NCBI GenBank assembly: GCA_038248345.1
Contig: JBBRXO010000003.1
Coordinates: forward strand, 1 to 64,000
DNA: 64,000 nt
Direction of reading: 5' to 3'
Source: Armatimonadota bacterium
GTDB taxonomy: Bacteria > Armatimonadota > Hebobacteria > CAIYQO01
Positions 1 to 12,358 of this stretch are shown here, piece by piece. The notes below the pieces were generated by a model. The model was not told the origin of the DNA and did no database searches. It saw only the letters and a list, made by a program, of their open reading frames with translations. How positions within the stretch are numbered: the first letter of the stretch is position 1; each line of letters begins with the position of its first letter. The position numbers were made by a program, and so were the translations under genes.

Positions 1-190
1 CATGATTTGCGGCGCAAAACGCCGCGAAAGGTAGCAGTAGGACATCCGAAAGTAAGAAATCGGGTAAAAGATGGAAGATTCGGAGTAGATTAGTTATATG
101 TTGTAGCGACTAAATGTTAATATTCTAAAATAGTGCCCTCCGAAGAGGGCACAGAGGGATTCGTCTTATTAATTGTTTTTCAGAGGGTCC
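1..190 (-). mobile_element. Probable end of an IS5-family insertion sequence; the element continues beyond the window edge
   Basis: Minus strand reads CTAG|GGACCCTCTGAAAAAC: CTAG at 191-194 and a terminal-repeat-like 16-mer at 175-190. ADH-like sequence stops exactly at this CTAG. IS5-subgroup elements target YTAR. No transposase is visible in the window. Confidence 0.5.
126..152 (-). terminator. Rho-independent terminator
   Basis: Minus strand GTGCCCTC-TTCG-GAGGGCAC (8-bp stem, cUUCGg loop) followed by TATTTT. Confidence 0.7.
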
Positions 191-650
191 CTAGGTCGAT
201 TGCTACCCCGAGTGGTTCACTGAGGCTGGCTATTTCGGGTGTCAGGCCGTCATATGGAACGGCGCTAATCGCCGGAGAGATCATCTCTTCGGCGAAACCG
301 AGGTAATTCAACATATAGAAATTTCGGACGTCTGTACATAATTCCTGCCGGTCATTGCGACAGTTGCTACAATGTCCGCATGCACTGGATGACTCCAGTA
401 CGACAGACTGGCCGACTTCCAGTTTTTCAACCTTAGAACCGAGTTCCAGAATTGTGCCAGCTACTTCATGACCAAAAGGTGATTCGGCCTTTTCTCCCGG
501 GCTGGTAAGCAGGTCAGAGCCACATATGCCACAAGCATCAACGCGCAGGCGGATCTCGTTTGACGCCAAAGGTCTAAGCGTCAAAGGTTTCAAGGATACA
601 GAGTGATCATTTTTATAGGCGGCAGTAATAGTCCGCTCGTTTGATGTCAT
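180..650 (-). pseudogene. Truncated Zn-dependent alcohol/sugar dehydrogenase (MDR family), catalytic N-terminal domain only
   Basis: CGICGSD, GHE and CxxCxxCx7C motifs plus EPLGVA. Only 156 aa, and the NAD-binding Rossmann half is missing. Confidence 0.8.
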
Positions 651-748
651 TGATTGTTACCTCCAGGATGATTCGCTTGGAATATTATCACCTATTACCA
701 TAGATGTTGTGTATATTTATGACTAATATGGTAGAATATTATGACATT

Positions 749-1573
749 ATGAGCACATTGCCAGAGAATAAAATAGATCGCCTGCCAGAGGCGCTATGGG
801 CGCCGGGGGGAGTAGATCAACGTTCACGAGAGCTCACCCCACTGTACATTGAGCATTTTCACGGCCCCATGGCCAGCCGTCTGATGACCGCCCATCCATT
901 TTGGGAGGTGATCATTATTTGCGACGGGGAGGGGGAGATGAAGACTCGCTATCCCTTCCCACTTCGCCCGGGCGTGATCTGTCTGATGCCGCCGCGAATG
1001 GCCCATAATGAGGTGTCAACCGGGGTTATGGAGATTCTCTGGATTGGCTTGCGCGGCAGCAGGTTAGATCATTTGCCGCGAACTCACCCACTGGTAGCGC
1101 AGTCTTCTGCCTGTCTGCGTAGTGCTCTTGCCTGTTGGAACGTAGCGCGAAATATGTATGGGGAGATTGGCTCTGAAATTGATGGTCTGACCATGGTTCT
1201 ATTTGCTCATCTGCGTCAGGCACTTGCTTCCAGTGGCAACATCACCGCTCATCATTTAGAGCAGGCAGTGGGATACCTGCAGGCACATTACCATGAAGAA
1301 ATAGACGTGCCTGCGTTGGCTACGCTCTGTGGCTACAGCGAAGGTTATTTTTACCGCGCCTTTAAACAGCTCACTGGCAAGACTCCCATTCAATACCTCA
1401 CAGCAATCCGTATTCAAGAGGCGTTACGGTGGTTGGAGCATAGTGACTTTCCTATCAATCGCATAGCTGCAGCGGTTGGCTTTGCTGACCAGCATTATTT
1501 CGCTCGTATAATCAAACAACATACCGGCCGCACTCCTCTCGCTGTACGCAGCAATGCGCGGCTATCCTCATAA
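749..1573 (+). CDS. AraC-family transcriptional regulator (cupin sensor plus HTH)
   Basis: Cupin-like HPFWEV...AHNE region and C-terminal AraC signature (IAAAVGFADQHYFARIIKQHTGRTP). Start uncertain (704-749). Confidence 0.9.
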   Translation: MSTLPENKIDRLPEALWAPGGVDQRSRELTPLYIEHFHGPMASRLMTAHPFWEVIIICDGEGEMKTRYPFPLRPGVICLMPPRMAHNEVSTGVMEILWIGLRGSRLDHLPRTHPLVAQSSACLRSALACWNVARNMYGEIGSEIDGLTMVLFAHLRQALASSGNITAHHLEQAVGYLQAHYHEEIDVPALATLCGYSEGYFYRAFKQLTGKTPIQYLTAIRIQEALRWLEHSDFPINRIAAAVGFADQHYFARIIKQHTGRTPLAVRSNARLSS

Positions 1574-1653
1574 TTTTCCAGGTACATCCCGGCTGTTCTA
1601 TGGACAAATGGCGTCTACATCTCTATCATAATGGTTGTGAAAATATGTGCTAG

Positions 1654-4836
<3,183 letters not shown>

Positions 4837-4942
4837 GGACTCACTTTAAATATGAAGATCGCACAACTACTGGCAGGTAATCTTCACCCGTTGGAGAATA
4901 GTAAATATACAAGAAAACAACATCAAAGTTTGGAGCAATATT

Positions 4943-5941
4943 ATGAACCATCATGAGCGTATCGCACGGATATTTGCCGGGCAATCAGTTGACCGCCCTG
5001 GTTTTTGGCTGGGAAACCCGCATGACGAAGTAAAGCCGCGGTTGTTAGAACATTTTGGCGTCAGCGATGATGAGGCAATGCGCCGACTCATCGGTGATGA
5101 CTGCCGTTGGTATCCTGCCGATTGGATTGCTAAATATAACCACTCGGAAGGCATGTGGGCATCCGGTTCTTACTATAGCGTGTTCGCAGAATGTGAGGAC
5201 ACTGCGACGGTAGACGCCTACCCCTGGCCTGATGCTTCGCATTTTGACCTTGCTCCCTTGCGAACCAAGGTGAGCGAAGGGGAGGGGAGCTGGCGTTTTG
5301 GTGGATCATGGAGTTGTTTCTTTCATAATGTAGCTGATATGTTTGGCATGGAAAACTACTTCATGATGATGTATAGCGATCCTGATGTTGTCCACGCGGT
5401 CACCCGTCAGATGGTAGATTTTTTTCTGGCGGTCAATAAACGGGTGTATACTGAGGCACGCGATACGGTGGACTGCTTCTTCTTTGGTAACGACTTCGGT
5501 ACGCAAAATGACCTGTTGGTAAGTCCGGAAAAATTCAAAGAGTTTATCCTTCCTTACTTCTGTGAGCTTATCAACCAGGCGAAATCGTATGACGTACCAG
5601 TGCAGTTGCACTCTTGCGGGGCGATTTATAAGGTGATCCCCTGGCTCATCGATGCTGGTATTGATGCGTTACATCCATTACAGGCGAAGGCTACGGGTAT
5701 GGATGCAGAAACGCTCATGCGCGAATATGGTGGTAAAATTACTTTCGTCGGTGGGGTAGATACGCAGGAATTGCTTTGGCGCGGTACCCCCCAACAGATC
5801 AAGGATGAAGTAAATCGTTTGCATGATATCTTTGGCGACCGTTGGATTATCTCGCCCAGTCATGAAGCCATCCTGCCGGAAGTGCCCACGGAAAATATCG
5901 TCGCTCTTTGTGAAGCGGCGACGGGGATGACATTGTCGTAG
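4943..5941 (+). CDS. Uroporphyrinogen decarboxylase-family (MtaA/CmuA-like) protein
   Basis: GNDFGTQ, LHSCG, GGVDTQ and SPSHE motifs typical of the URO-D/MT2 barrel. Confidence 0.8.
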   Translation: MNHHERIARIFAGQSVDRPGFWLGNPHDEVKPRLLEHFGVSDDEAMRRLIGDDCRWYPADWIAKYNHSEGMWASGSYYSVFAECEDTATVDAYPWPDASHFDLAPLRTKVSEGEGSWRFGGSWSCFFHNVADMFGMENYFMMMYSDPDVVHAVTRQMVDFFLAVNKRVYTEARDTVDCFFFGNDFGTQNDLLVSPEKFKEFILPYFCELINQAKSYDVPVQLHSCGAIYKVIPWLIDAGIDALHPLQAKATGMDAETLMREYGGKITFVGGVDTQELLWRGTPQQIKDEVNRLHDIFGDRWIISPSHEAILPEVPTENIVALCEAATGMTLS

Positions 5942-5999
5942 TTAAGCGAGACAACTTGCTCGGTGTGAGCTGAGTCTATGGGATCGGAGATGTAGATTT

Positions 6000-6725
6000 A
6001 TGTGGAAAATATTTACGCAGCTAGCTTCAACCAGCGCCGATGGATTGGATTTGTATAAGATTGTTTGGAATGCAGCGCCAATCTCAAAAGTGGTATTTTT
6101 CCTGTTAGTGGCTTGTTCCATATTGTCGATAGCGGTGATCATCGAGCGATGCCTGGTGCTTTGGCGTGCCCGTGCCGCTATGAATATGACCAGAGATCAG
6201 CTGGAGTCCTGGTCATTACGTAAAGACTGGGCGAAGGCGCGTACCGAGATGGAAGTCGCCGAGCGGGAGACAAACCCATTGGGGGCAGTGTTGCGCATCG
6301 GTTTAAAAAACTGGCAGGGGCTGGTGCAGGCGGGCGAAAGTGACAAGCAGAGTATGGAGGAAAAAGTTACGGAAGCGGTAGGTCGTGAGCTTCGTCTGGT
6401 GCGGGCGGGTCTACGTGCAAATCTCCCAATACTGGCTAATATCGCCTCAGTGGCACCCTTTATTGGCCTCTTTGGTACGGTAATCGGCATCATCCTTACC
6501 TTTGATGCTATTGCAAAGACTGGCTCAATGGGGCAGGATCTGGTCGCGAGCGGCATCGCCGACGCGCTCATTGCAACGGCAATGGGCCTATTTGCGGCTA
6601 TCCCGGCAGTAATCGCTTACAACATTTTTACGGATAAATTCAATATCCTCATATTGAATATGGAAGAGATCGCTATGCAGTATGTCTTCCCACTGGTAGA
6701 GAGCTACCCGGGCGAGAGGGAGTAA
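6000..6725 (+). CDS. MotA/TolQ/ExbB proton channel protein
   Basis: Three hydrophobic helices; APFIGLFGTVIGI and GIADALIATAMGLFAAIPA. Confidence 0.92.
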   Translation: MWKIFTQLASTSADGLDLYKIVWNAAPISKVVFFLLVACSILSIAVIIERCLVLWRARAAMNMTRDQLESWSLRKDWAKARTEMEVAERETNPLGAVLRIGLKNWQGLVQAGESDKQSMEEKVTEAVGRELRLVRAGLRANLPILANIASVAPFIGLFGTVIGIILTFDAIAKTGSMGQDLVASGIADALIATAMGLFAAIPAVIAYNIFTDKFNILILNMEEIAMQYVFPLVESYPGERE

Positions 6726-6728
6726 GCG

Positions 6729-7145
6729 ATGCGTCACTATAGCCTAGATGAAGAAGACAGCCAGATAGCTGTTATCAATATTATCCCCCTGGTGGATGTG
6801 GTGCTGGTCTTACTCATCATCTTCATGGTTACTACGGTTTTTGCTCGTGATAATGCAATGAAGATAGAACTGCCCAAGGGTAGCCAAGCAGAGCAGGCGC
6901 TGCAGAAACCGGCAGAGATTTCGGTGACGGTGAATAAAGACGGGTTGATAACGGTGAACAATAATCCTTGCGAGGTAAAAAACCTGAAGACTTGTGTCCT
7001 CGCGTTGGTGAATAAGAGTGGCAAAACAGTCGTAATCCTGCGTGGTGACAAAGGTGCGTTGTACGGCACAATCATACCAGCATTAGATCAGATAGCAAGT
7101 ACCGGTGTTACTGTGACGTTGGCATATACTCCTAATCCCGAATAG
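6729..7145 (+). CDS. ExbD/TolR biopolymer transport protein
   Basis: INIIPLVDVVLVLLIIFMVT and LRGD motifs; directly follows the ExbB-like gene. Confidence 0.92.
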   Translation: MRHYSLDEEDSQIAVINIIPLVDVVLVLLIIFMVTTVFARDNAMKIELPKGSQAEQALQKPAEISVTVNKDGLITVNNNPCEVKNLKTCVLALVNKSGKTVVILRGDKGALYGTIIPALDQIASTGVTVTLAYTPNPE

Positions 7146-7196
7146 CGAAATTGTGCTTCATTAGTTACCTGATTATGCGGGTACGTTCATTGTTAT

Positions 7197-7205
7197 TGGT
7201 ATAAT
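7197..7205 (+). promoter_or_regulatory. Extended -10 promoter upstream of the acs cluster
   Basis: TG-G-TATAAT, followed by RBS GGAGG and the ATG at 7226. Confidence 0.5.
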
Positions 7206-7225
7206 ACGGTTATGGAGGAAGTTTA

Positions 7226-7480
7226 ATGCCTAAACGAAATTGTCCGGGACAGGATACCCAATATTGGAAGCACGATGCTCTTTTCGAGGAGCCGTGTGTG
7301 CATTGTGGCAAATCGCTTGAATTCTTCAAAGATGACCTGCGGCGCCTATGTCCGCAGTGTGGCAAATATACTGTAAATCCAAAGAATGACCTTGCCTGCG
7401 CTGCCTGGTGTGCCTCAGCTGCTGAATGCCTGGCCCAAATGGGGCGACGGACATCTGAAGAGGATAAAGAGGATGAGTAA
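7226..7480 (+). CDS. Small Cys-rich metal-binding protein (Zn-ribbon or Fe-S-like)
   Basis: 84 aa with 8 Cys (CPGQD, CVHCG, CPQCG, CAAWCASAAEC) and an acidic tail; strong RBS. Confidence 0.8.
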   Translation: MPKRNCPGQDTQYWKHDALFEEPCVHCGKSLEFFKDDLRRLCPQCGKYTVNPKNDLACAAWCASAAECLAQMGRRTSEEDKEDE

Positions 7481-7673
7481 GGGAGTGCAGTGGCATACCT
7501 TACTAGACCCATTAGTAGGAAAGTACTATAGCGCACTAGATTACTATTTGGTAGTCTGATAGTACGATGAATTTTGCACCATATTACCATAAAGTAGCAA
7601 TAGTACTATGGTAGAATGGCAAAGTAGAAGTAGATTTGCAGGGTTTCTTGCATTTGAATCTGGTGGATAGCAA

Positions 7674-8465
7674 ATGGCACTTAAAATCGCAATAACCGGA
7701 AAAGGCGGCGTAGGAAAGTCGACGCTGGCAGGTACGTTGGCACGTTTATTCGCTGGCGCGGGGAATCGGGTACTGGCGATTGATGCTGATCCCGATGCCA
7801 ATCTTGCTTCCGCGGTAGGCTTAACCGCGGATGAGCGGGCCTTACTTCATACTATTGCCGATGAGCGTAAACTCATTGAAGAACGGACAGGGGCCAAAGT
7901 ATCCCAAGTTGGCCAGATATTCTCCCTCAATCCAGACGTCACCAATATCGCTGAACAATATGCAGTGAATCATGCAGGTGTAGATGTGCTAATCATTGGC
8001 TCGGCACAGCGTGCAGGCGGCGGTTGTGCATGTCCAGAGAGCGTATTACTCAAATCGCTGGTGCGTTATCTGGTGCTCAAGCGTGATGAAGTGGTAATAT
8101 TAGACATGGAAGCGGGGATCGAGCACCTGGGACGCGGCACTGCTATGGGTGTCGATTTGATGATCGTAGTAGTAGAACCGGGACAGCGAAGTGTGGAGAC
8201 TGGGCATCGAGTGCATGATATGGCGCAGAGCCTGGGGATTAAAGAATTTGCTGTGGTGGTAAACAAATCCACTGTGGGCGACGAAGATCGAGCGTGGATG
8301 AATCGTGAATTTGGCGCTGATTCTGTCATTGGGTTGATTCCCTTTGATGCACGTATTGCCGAAGCTGACCGCACCGGCCAGGCGCTGGTTGATCTGGCGG
8401 ACGCCGAAGTATTGGCGCCTTTTCAAGCGATATTTGAAGTATTGCAAGAGCGCGATAAAGCATAG
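7674..8465 (+). CDS. cooC: CooC-type nickel-insertion ATPase
   Basis: GKGGVGKS, DADPD, GGGCACP and DMEAGIEHLGRG motifs. Confidence 0.92.
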   Translation: MALKIAITGKGGVGKSTLAGTLARLFAGAGNRVLAIDADPDANLASAVGLTADERALLHTIADERKLIEERTGAKVSQVGQIFSLNPDVTNIAEQYAVNHAGVDVLIIGSAQRAGGGCACPESVLLKSLVRYLVLKRDEVVILDMEAGIEHLGRGTAMGVDLMIVVVEPGQRSVETGHRVHDMAQSLGIKEFAVVVNKSTVGDEDRAWMNREFGADSVIGLIPFDARIAEADRTGQALVDLADAEVLAPFQAIFEVLQERDKA

Positions 8466-8488
8466 CATAAACCTATAAGGAGTCGATT

Positions 8489-9547
8489 ATGAATTTTTCA
8501 CCGAAATGTACGGCTACGGCCATTGGAAGTTTGCCCCACGCTAAGGCGGAAGACGCCGTGCGCGTAGTGCTGGATAGCATCCCCGATGCGCCGATTTGGC
8601 CACAATTGCCCGCCAATGGCATGAACGAACAGATGGAGATGCAGTATTCCGAGGGTCTGCCGCGCGTAGTTATTGACCGCGTGAAAGAGCGCCTCTTTAT
8701 CGACACCACCGGTGACTACTCGATGGACTTGGCGACCTTCTATGAGAACTACATTATGGAGAATATGGATTATTTTCAGATCACTCCTGAATTCTCCAAG
8801 GGTTTCTTTGCTATGGAAGCGGCGCTGAAGGCTGCTGGTGGTATCCGCCCCTTCGTAAAAGTGCAGACCACCGGGCCGATCAGCTTCGGGCTGACTATCG
8901 TGGACGAGAACAAGCGCGCAATTTACTATAACCCGGAATTCATTGATGTGATAGTAAAAGGGCTGGCAATGAAGTGCCGTTGGCAGATTGAACGTTATAA
9001 AGGCTTTGCCGAGAACGTCATTTGTTTCGTGGACGAGCCGATCCTCTCCGCCTTCGGTTCCTCTACCTATGTTAGCGTTTCGCGTGAAGATGTTGTCGAG
9101 AAATTGGGCGAAGTTATCGGTGTGGTTCATGATGCTGGCGCTATTGCGGGCGTACATTGCTGTGGCAACACCGAATGGTCGATCCTCATTGATGCTGGCG
9201 TTGACCTGGTGAATTTTGATGCCTTCGACTTCGCTGACACGATAGCGCTATATCCGAAAGAGATGAAAGCGCACCTGGAAGCGGGCAAAGGATTAGCCTG
9301 GGGCGTGGTGCCCACCAATAGCGCGAAGATCCATGACCAGACGGTAGAGAGTCTAATCGCGAAGTTTGATGCCGGAGTTGATAACCTGGCCAGAGCTGCT
9401 GGTATTGACCGCGAATTGATCCTAAACCAGGCGATGATAACCCCTTCCTGCGGTACCGGATCATTGCCCGTCGCCGATGCGGAGATGGTCTTTAGTTTAT
9501 TGGGGCAGACCAGTATTGCATTGCGACAGCGCATGGGCGTTATCTAA
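8489..9547 (+). CDS. Core (folate-independent, MesB-like) methionine synthase, a MetE C-terminal-domain homolog
   Basis: AIGSLPH, WPQLP, TGPISF, VDEP, GVHCCG, WGVVPT and ITPSCG (Zn-ligand motifs); single ~350-aa barrel inside the acs cluster. Confidence 0.72.
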   Translation: MNFSPKCTATAIGSLPHAKAEDAVRVVLDSIPDAPIWPQLPANGMNEQMEMQYSEGLPRVVIDRVKERLFIDTTGDYSMDLATFYENYIMENMDYFQITPEFSKGFFAMEAALKAAGGIRPFVKVQTTGPISFGLTIVDENKRAIYYNPEFIDVIVKGLAMKCRWQIERYKGFAENVICFVDEPILSAFGSSTYVSVSREDVVEKLGEVIGVVHDAGAIAGVHCCGNTEWSILIDAGVDLVNFDAFDFADTIALYPKEMKAHLEAGKGLAWGVVPTNSAKIHDQTVESLIAKFDAGVDNLARAAGIDRELILNQAMITPSCGTGSLPVADAEMVFSLLGQTSIALRQRMGVI

Positions 9548-9580
9548 TAAGCGAAACCGAAGGCATTTGGGAACAAATCA

Positions 9581-10360
9581 ATGAGTGCAACAATCGCAGT
9601 TACCGGGAAGGGAGGGGTCGGAAAAACCACCATCTCTTCCCTTATTATTCAGTGGCTCGTAGCCACCGGGAAGTCGCCAGTACTGGCGGTGGATGCGGAT
9701 AGCAACGCCAATTTGAACGAGGCACTCGGTGTTGAATACCGGGCATCTGTAGGCGGAATTCGCGAAGATGCACGTAAAGTAGTAAAAGAGTTGGCGGGCA
9801 TCGCCAAGCAGGAGTTCCTTGACCTGCAGGTGCAAGCGGCGTTGGTAGAGGAAGAGGGTTACGACCTGATCGTGATGGGACGCCCGGAAGGTCCGGGTTG
9901 CTATTGTTTTGCCAACAATGTACTGCGCGAAGTTATACAGCGGCTGGCGAACAACTATAGCTATATTGTCATTGATAATGAGGCCGGGCTTGAACATCTG
10001 TCGCGCCGCACCGTGCTATCAGTTGATTATCTGATCATCGTCTCGGACTGCTCGGTACGGGGGGTACGTACCGCCGGTCGCATCGCCGCGCTGGCGCAGG
10101 AGATGGGCACACCTGTGAAAGAGCGCGGTTTGATTGTCAACCGGGTGCCGGGTGGTGTCTTACCCGCTGGTGTGCAGGCAGAGGTGGCGGCCACCGGGTT
10201 GACATTGCTGGCGGCTGTTCCGCATGATGCCAGTGTCGCCGAGATGGATGGCGGCGGTTTTGCAGTCGCTTCAATACCTGCCGATGCACCTGCCCGTACG
10301 GCCATTAATATTTTACTCACAAATCTGATGTCCCGCGAGCCGGTGATATCTACGACATAA
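9581..10360 (+). CDS. acsF: CooC2/AcsF nickel-insertion ATPase
   Basis: GKGGVGKT, MGRPEGPGCYC and DNEAGLEHLSR motifs. Confidence 0.88.
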   Translation: MSATIAVTGKGGVGKTTISSLIIQWLVATGKSPVLAVDADSNANLNEALGVEYRASVGGIREDARKVVKELAGIAKQEFLDLQVQAALVEEEGYDLIVMGRPEGPGCYCFANNVLREVIQRLANNYSYIVIDNEAGLEHLSRRTVLSVDYLIIVSDCSVRGVRTAGRIAALAQEMGTPVKERGLIVNRVPGGVLPAGVQAEVAATGLTLLAAVPHDASVAEMDGGGFAVASIPADAPARTAINILLTNLMSREPVISTT

Positions 10361-10405
10361 GAATTCTAATCAAAAGTTGAACCTAACCTGAGGAGCTAAA
10401 CCCTG

Positions 10406-12358
10406 ATGTCAAACGCGCTAGATCAAAGCCCAGCGGATACTCACTCAATCGATCAGGCTATCAATACGATGATAGGCGTCGCCAAGAGTGAAGGTATCGC
10501 CACAGTATGGGATCGTTATAAGACCCAGATGCCCCAATGTAAATTCGGGCTCACCGGTGTTTGCTGTAAAATATGCCATATGGGGCCGTGCCGTATTACG
10601 CCGAAAGCCCCGTTAGGGATATGTGGCGCCAATGCTGATACCATTGCTGCCCGCAATTTGCTACGCGAGATCGCCGCCGGTACCGCGGCGCACTCCGATC
10701 ATGGTCGCCACCTGGTGAAGACACTGCGCCAAGTAGCGCAAGGACGTGGTGGAACCTATAAGATCACTGATCCACATCGTCTGCATGAGGTTGCCAGCGC
10801 ATTTGAGATTGAGACGGAAGGGCGCGATGACCTGGCGATTGCCGGGGATTTGGCGGACTTTTGCTTCCAGCAATTTGCTTGGTCAGAAGAGCCTAACTTC
10901 ACCTTGCGGATGGCGCCGGAGAAACGCCAGGCGTTGTGGAAAAAGTTGGAGATTGAACCGCACGGGATTGATGCCGCAGTAGTGGAGTTGATGCACCGCA
11001 CACACATGGGCGTCGACCACGATTACCGTCACCTTATCATGGGTGGGCTAAAATGCTCAATCGCGGACGGTTGGGTAGGGTCATTGATCGCCACTGCGGT
11101 GTCAGACATTTTGTTCGGAACGCCGAAGCCGTTGCGGAGTACTGTTAATCTCGGTGTCCTCTGTGATGATAAAGTGAATATCATCGTCCATGGGCACGAG
11201 CCTACGCTCTCCGATATGCTCGCAGTTGCCGCTATGGATGATGAGCTACTTGCTTATGCTAAGTCGAAAGGCTCTGATGGCATAAATATCGCCGGTATTT
11301 GCTGTACCGCCAATGAGGTATTGATGCGGCACGGCCTGCCAATCGCCGGTAATTTCCTGCAACAGGAGTTGGCTATCATCACTGGCGCAGTCGAGATGAT
11401 GATCGTAGATGTGCAATGTATCATGCCGTCGTTGCCGGAAGTGATGAAGTGTTTCCACACCAAGCTGATTAGCACATCTGAGATAGCGCAGACAATTAAC
11501 GCAGAACAGATTAACTTCGAGGTGGAGCATGGGTATGAGCAAGCTTGTGATTTGATTCGTATGGCTATTGATAACTTCGCGAATCGCGATAATTCACGAG
11601 TGAATATCCCCAAGGAATCAATGGATCTGGTAGCAGGGTTTTCTAACGAGGCCATTTTCCAGATGCTCGGTGGGCGCTTCCGCAGCACTTTCCGCCCGCT
11701 CAATGATGCAATTATTGATGGGCGTGTCCGTGGCGTGGTAGGTATCGTCGGTTGCAACAACCCGAAGGTACGTACCGACGAATCGCACGTAATACTCACT
11801 CGCGAGTTGATCAAAAATAACTACCTGATATTGGAGACCGGCTGTGCCGCTATCGCCTGTGCGAAGAATGGTCTGCTAACACCGGAGGCTGCATTAGAAT
11901 TTGCTGGTGACTCACTGCGTGAAGTCTGCGAAGCGGTGGGAATACCACCGGTGTTGCATATGGGTTCATGCGTGGACAACAGCCGTATTCTACTCGCCGC
12001 CACCAACGTCATGCTTGAAGGCGGGCTGGGGACAGATCTCTCTGATTTGCCGGTAGCTGGCGCCGCGCCCGAGATGATGTCGGAGAAGGCTGTCGCCATC
12101 GGGAGTTATTTCGTCGCTAGCGGCGTTTATGTGGTGTTGGGGCAGCCCCTCTATGTGGAAGGCAGTGAGAACGTCACCAAGCTCCTCACAGAAGAGATGG
12201 AAGATATCACTGGTGGTAAATTCGCCTGGGAGCCAGATCCGTTGAAGGCTGCAAAATTGATTATGGATCACATCGAGAAGAAGCGTGATGCCCTGGGCAT
12301 CAATGCCAAGAAGGAGCGAAAGTTGTACGACATGAAAGAGCGGAGGGAGCTTCAATGA
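10406..12358 (+). CDS. cooS: Anaerobic Ni-CO dehydrogenase catalytic subunit
   Basis: D/B-cluster motif CKFGLTGVCCKICHMGPC; C-cluster ligands HGHEP, ICCTANE, DVQC, GCNNPK, TGC, GSCVD; catalytic Lys in SEKA. Confidence 0.97.
   Translation: MSNALDQSPADTHSIDQAINTMIGVAKSEGIATVWDRYKTQMPQCKFGLTGVCCKICHMGPCRITPKAPLGICGANADTIAARNLLREIAAGTAAHSDHGRHLVKTLRQVAQGRGGTYKITDPHRLHEVASAFEIETEGRDDLAIAGDLADFCFQQFAWSEEPNFTLRMAPEKRQALWKKLEIEPHGIDAAVVELMHRTHMGVDHDYRHLIMGGLKCSIADGWVGSLIATAVSDILFGTPKPLRSTVNLGVLCDDKVNIIVHGHEPTLSDMLAVAAMDDELLAYAKSKGSDGINIAGICCTANEVLMRHGLPIAGNFLQQELAIITGAVEMMIVDVQCIMPSLPEVMKCFHTKLISTSEIAQTINAEQINFEVEHGYEQACDLIRMAIDNFANRDNSRVNIPKESMDLVAGFSNEAIFQMLGGRFRSTFRPLNDAIIDGRVRGVVGIVGCNNPKVRTDESHVILTRELIKNNYLILETGCAAIACAKNGLLTPEAALEFAGDSLREVCEAVGIPPVLHMGSCVDNSRILLAATNVMLEGGLGTDLSDLPVAGAAPEMMSEKAVAIGSYFVASGVYVVLGQPLYVEGSENVTKLLTEEMEDITGGKFAWEPDPLKAAKLIMDHIEKKRDALGINAKKERKLYDMKERRELQ

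Noticed and set aside
4943..5941. True HemE tetrapyrrole biosynthesis gene
   Set aside because: It lacks the N-terminal RQAGR motif, has an HxC metal motif, and has no hem gene context.
7145..7674. Cobalamin or SAM riboswitch upstream of the corrinoid and methionine genes
   Set aside because: I could not recognise a B12-box or S-box core by eye. An Infernal/Rfam scan would be needed to exclude one.
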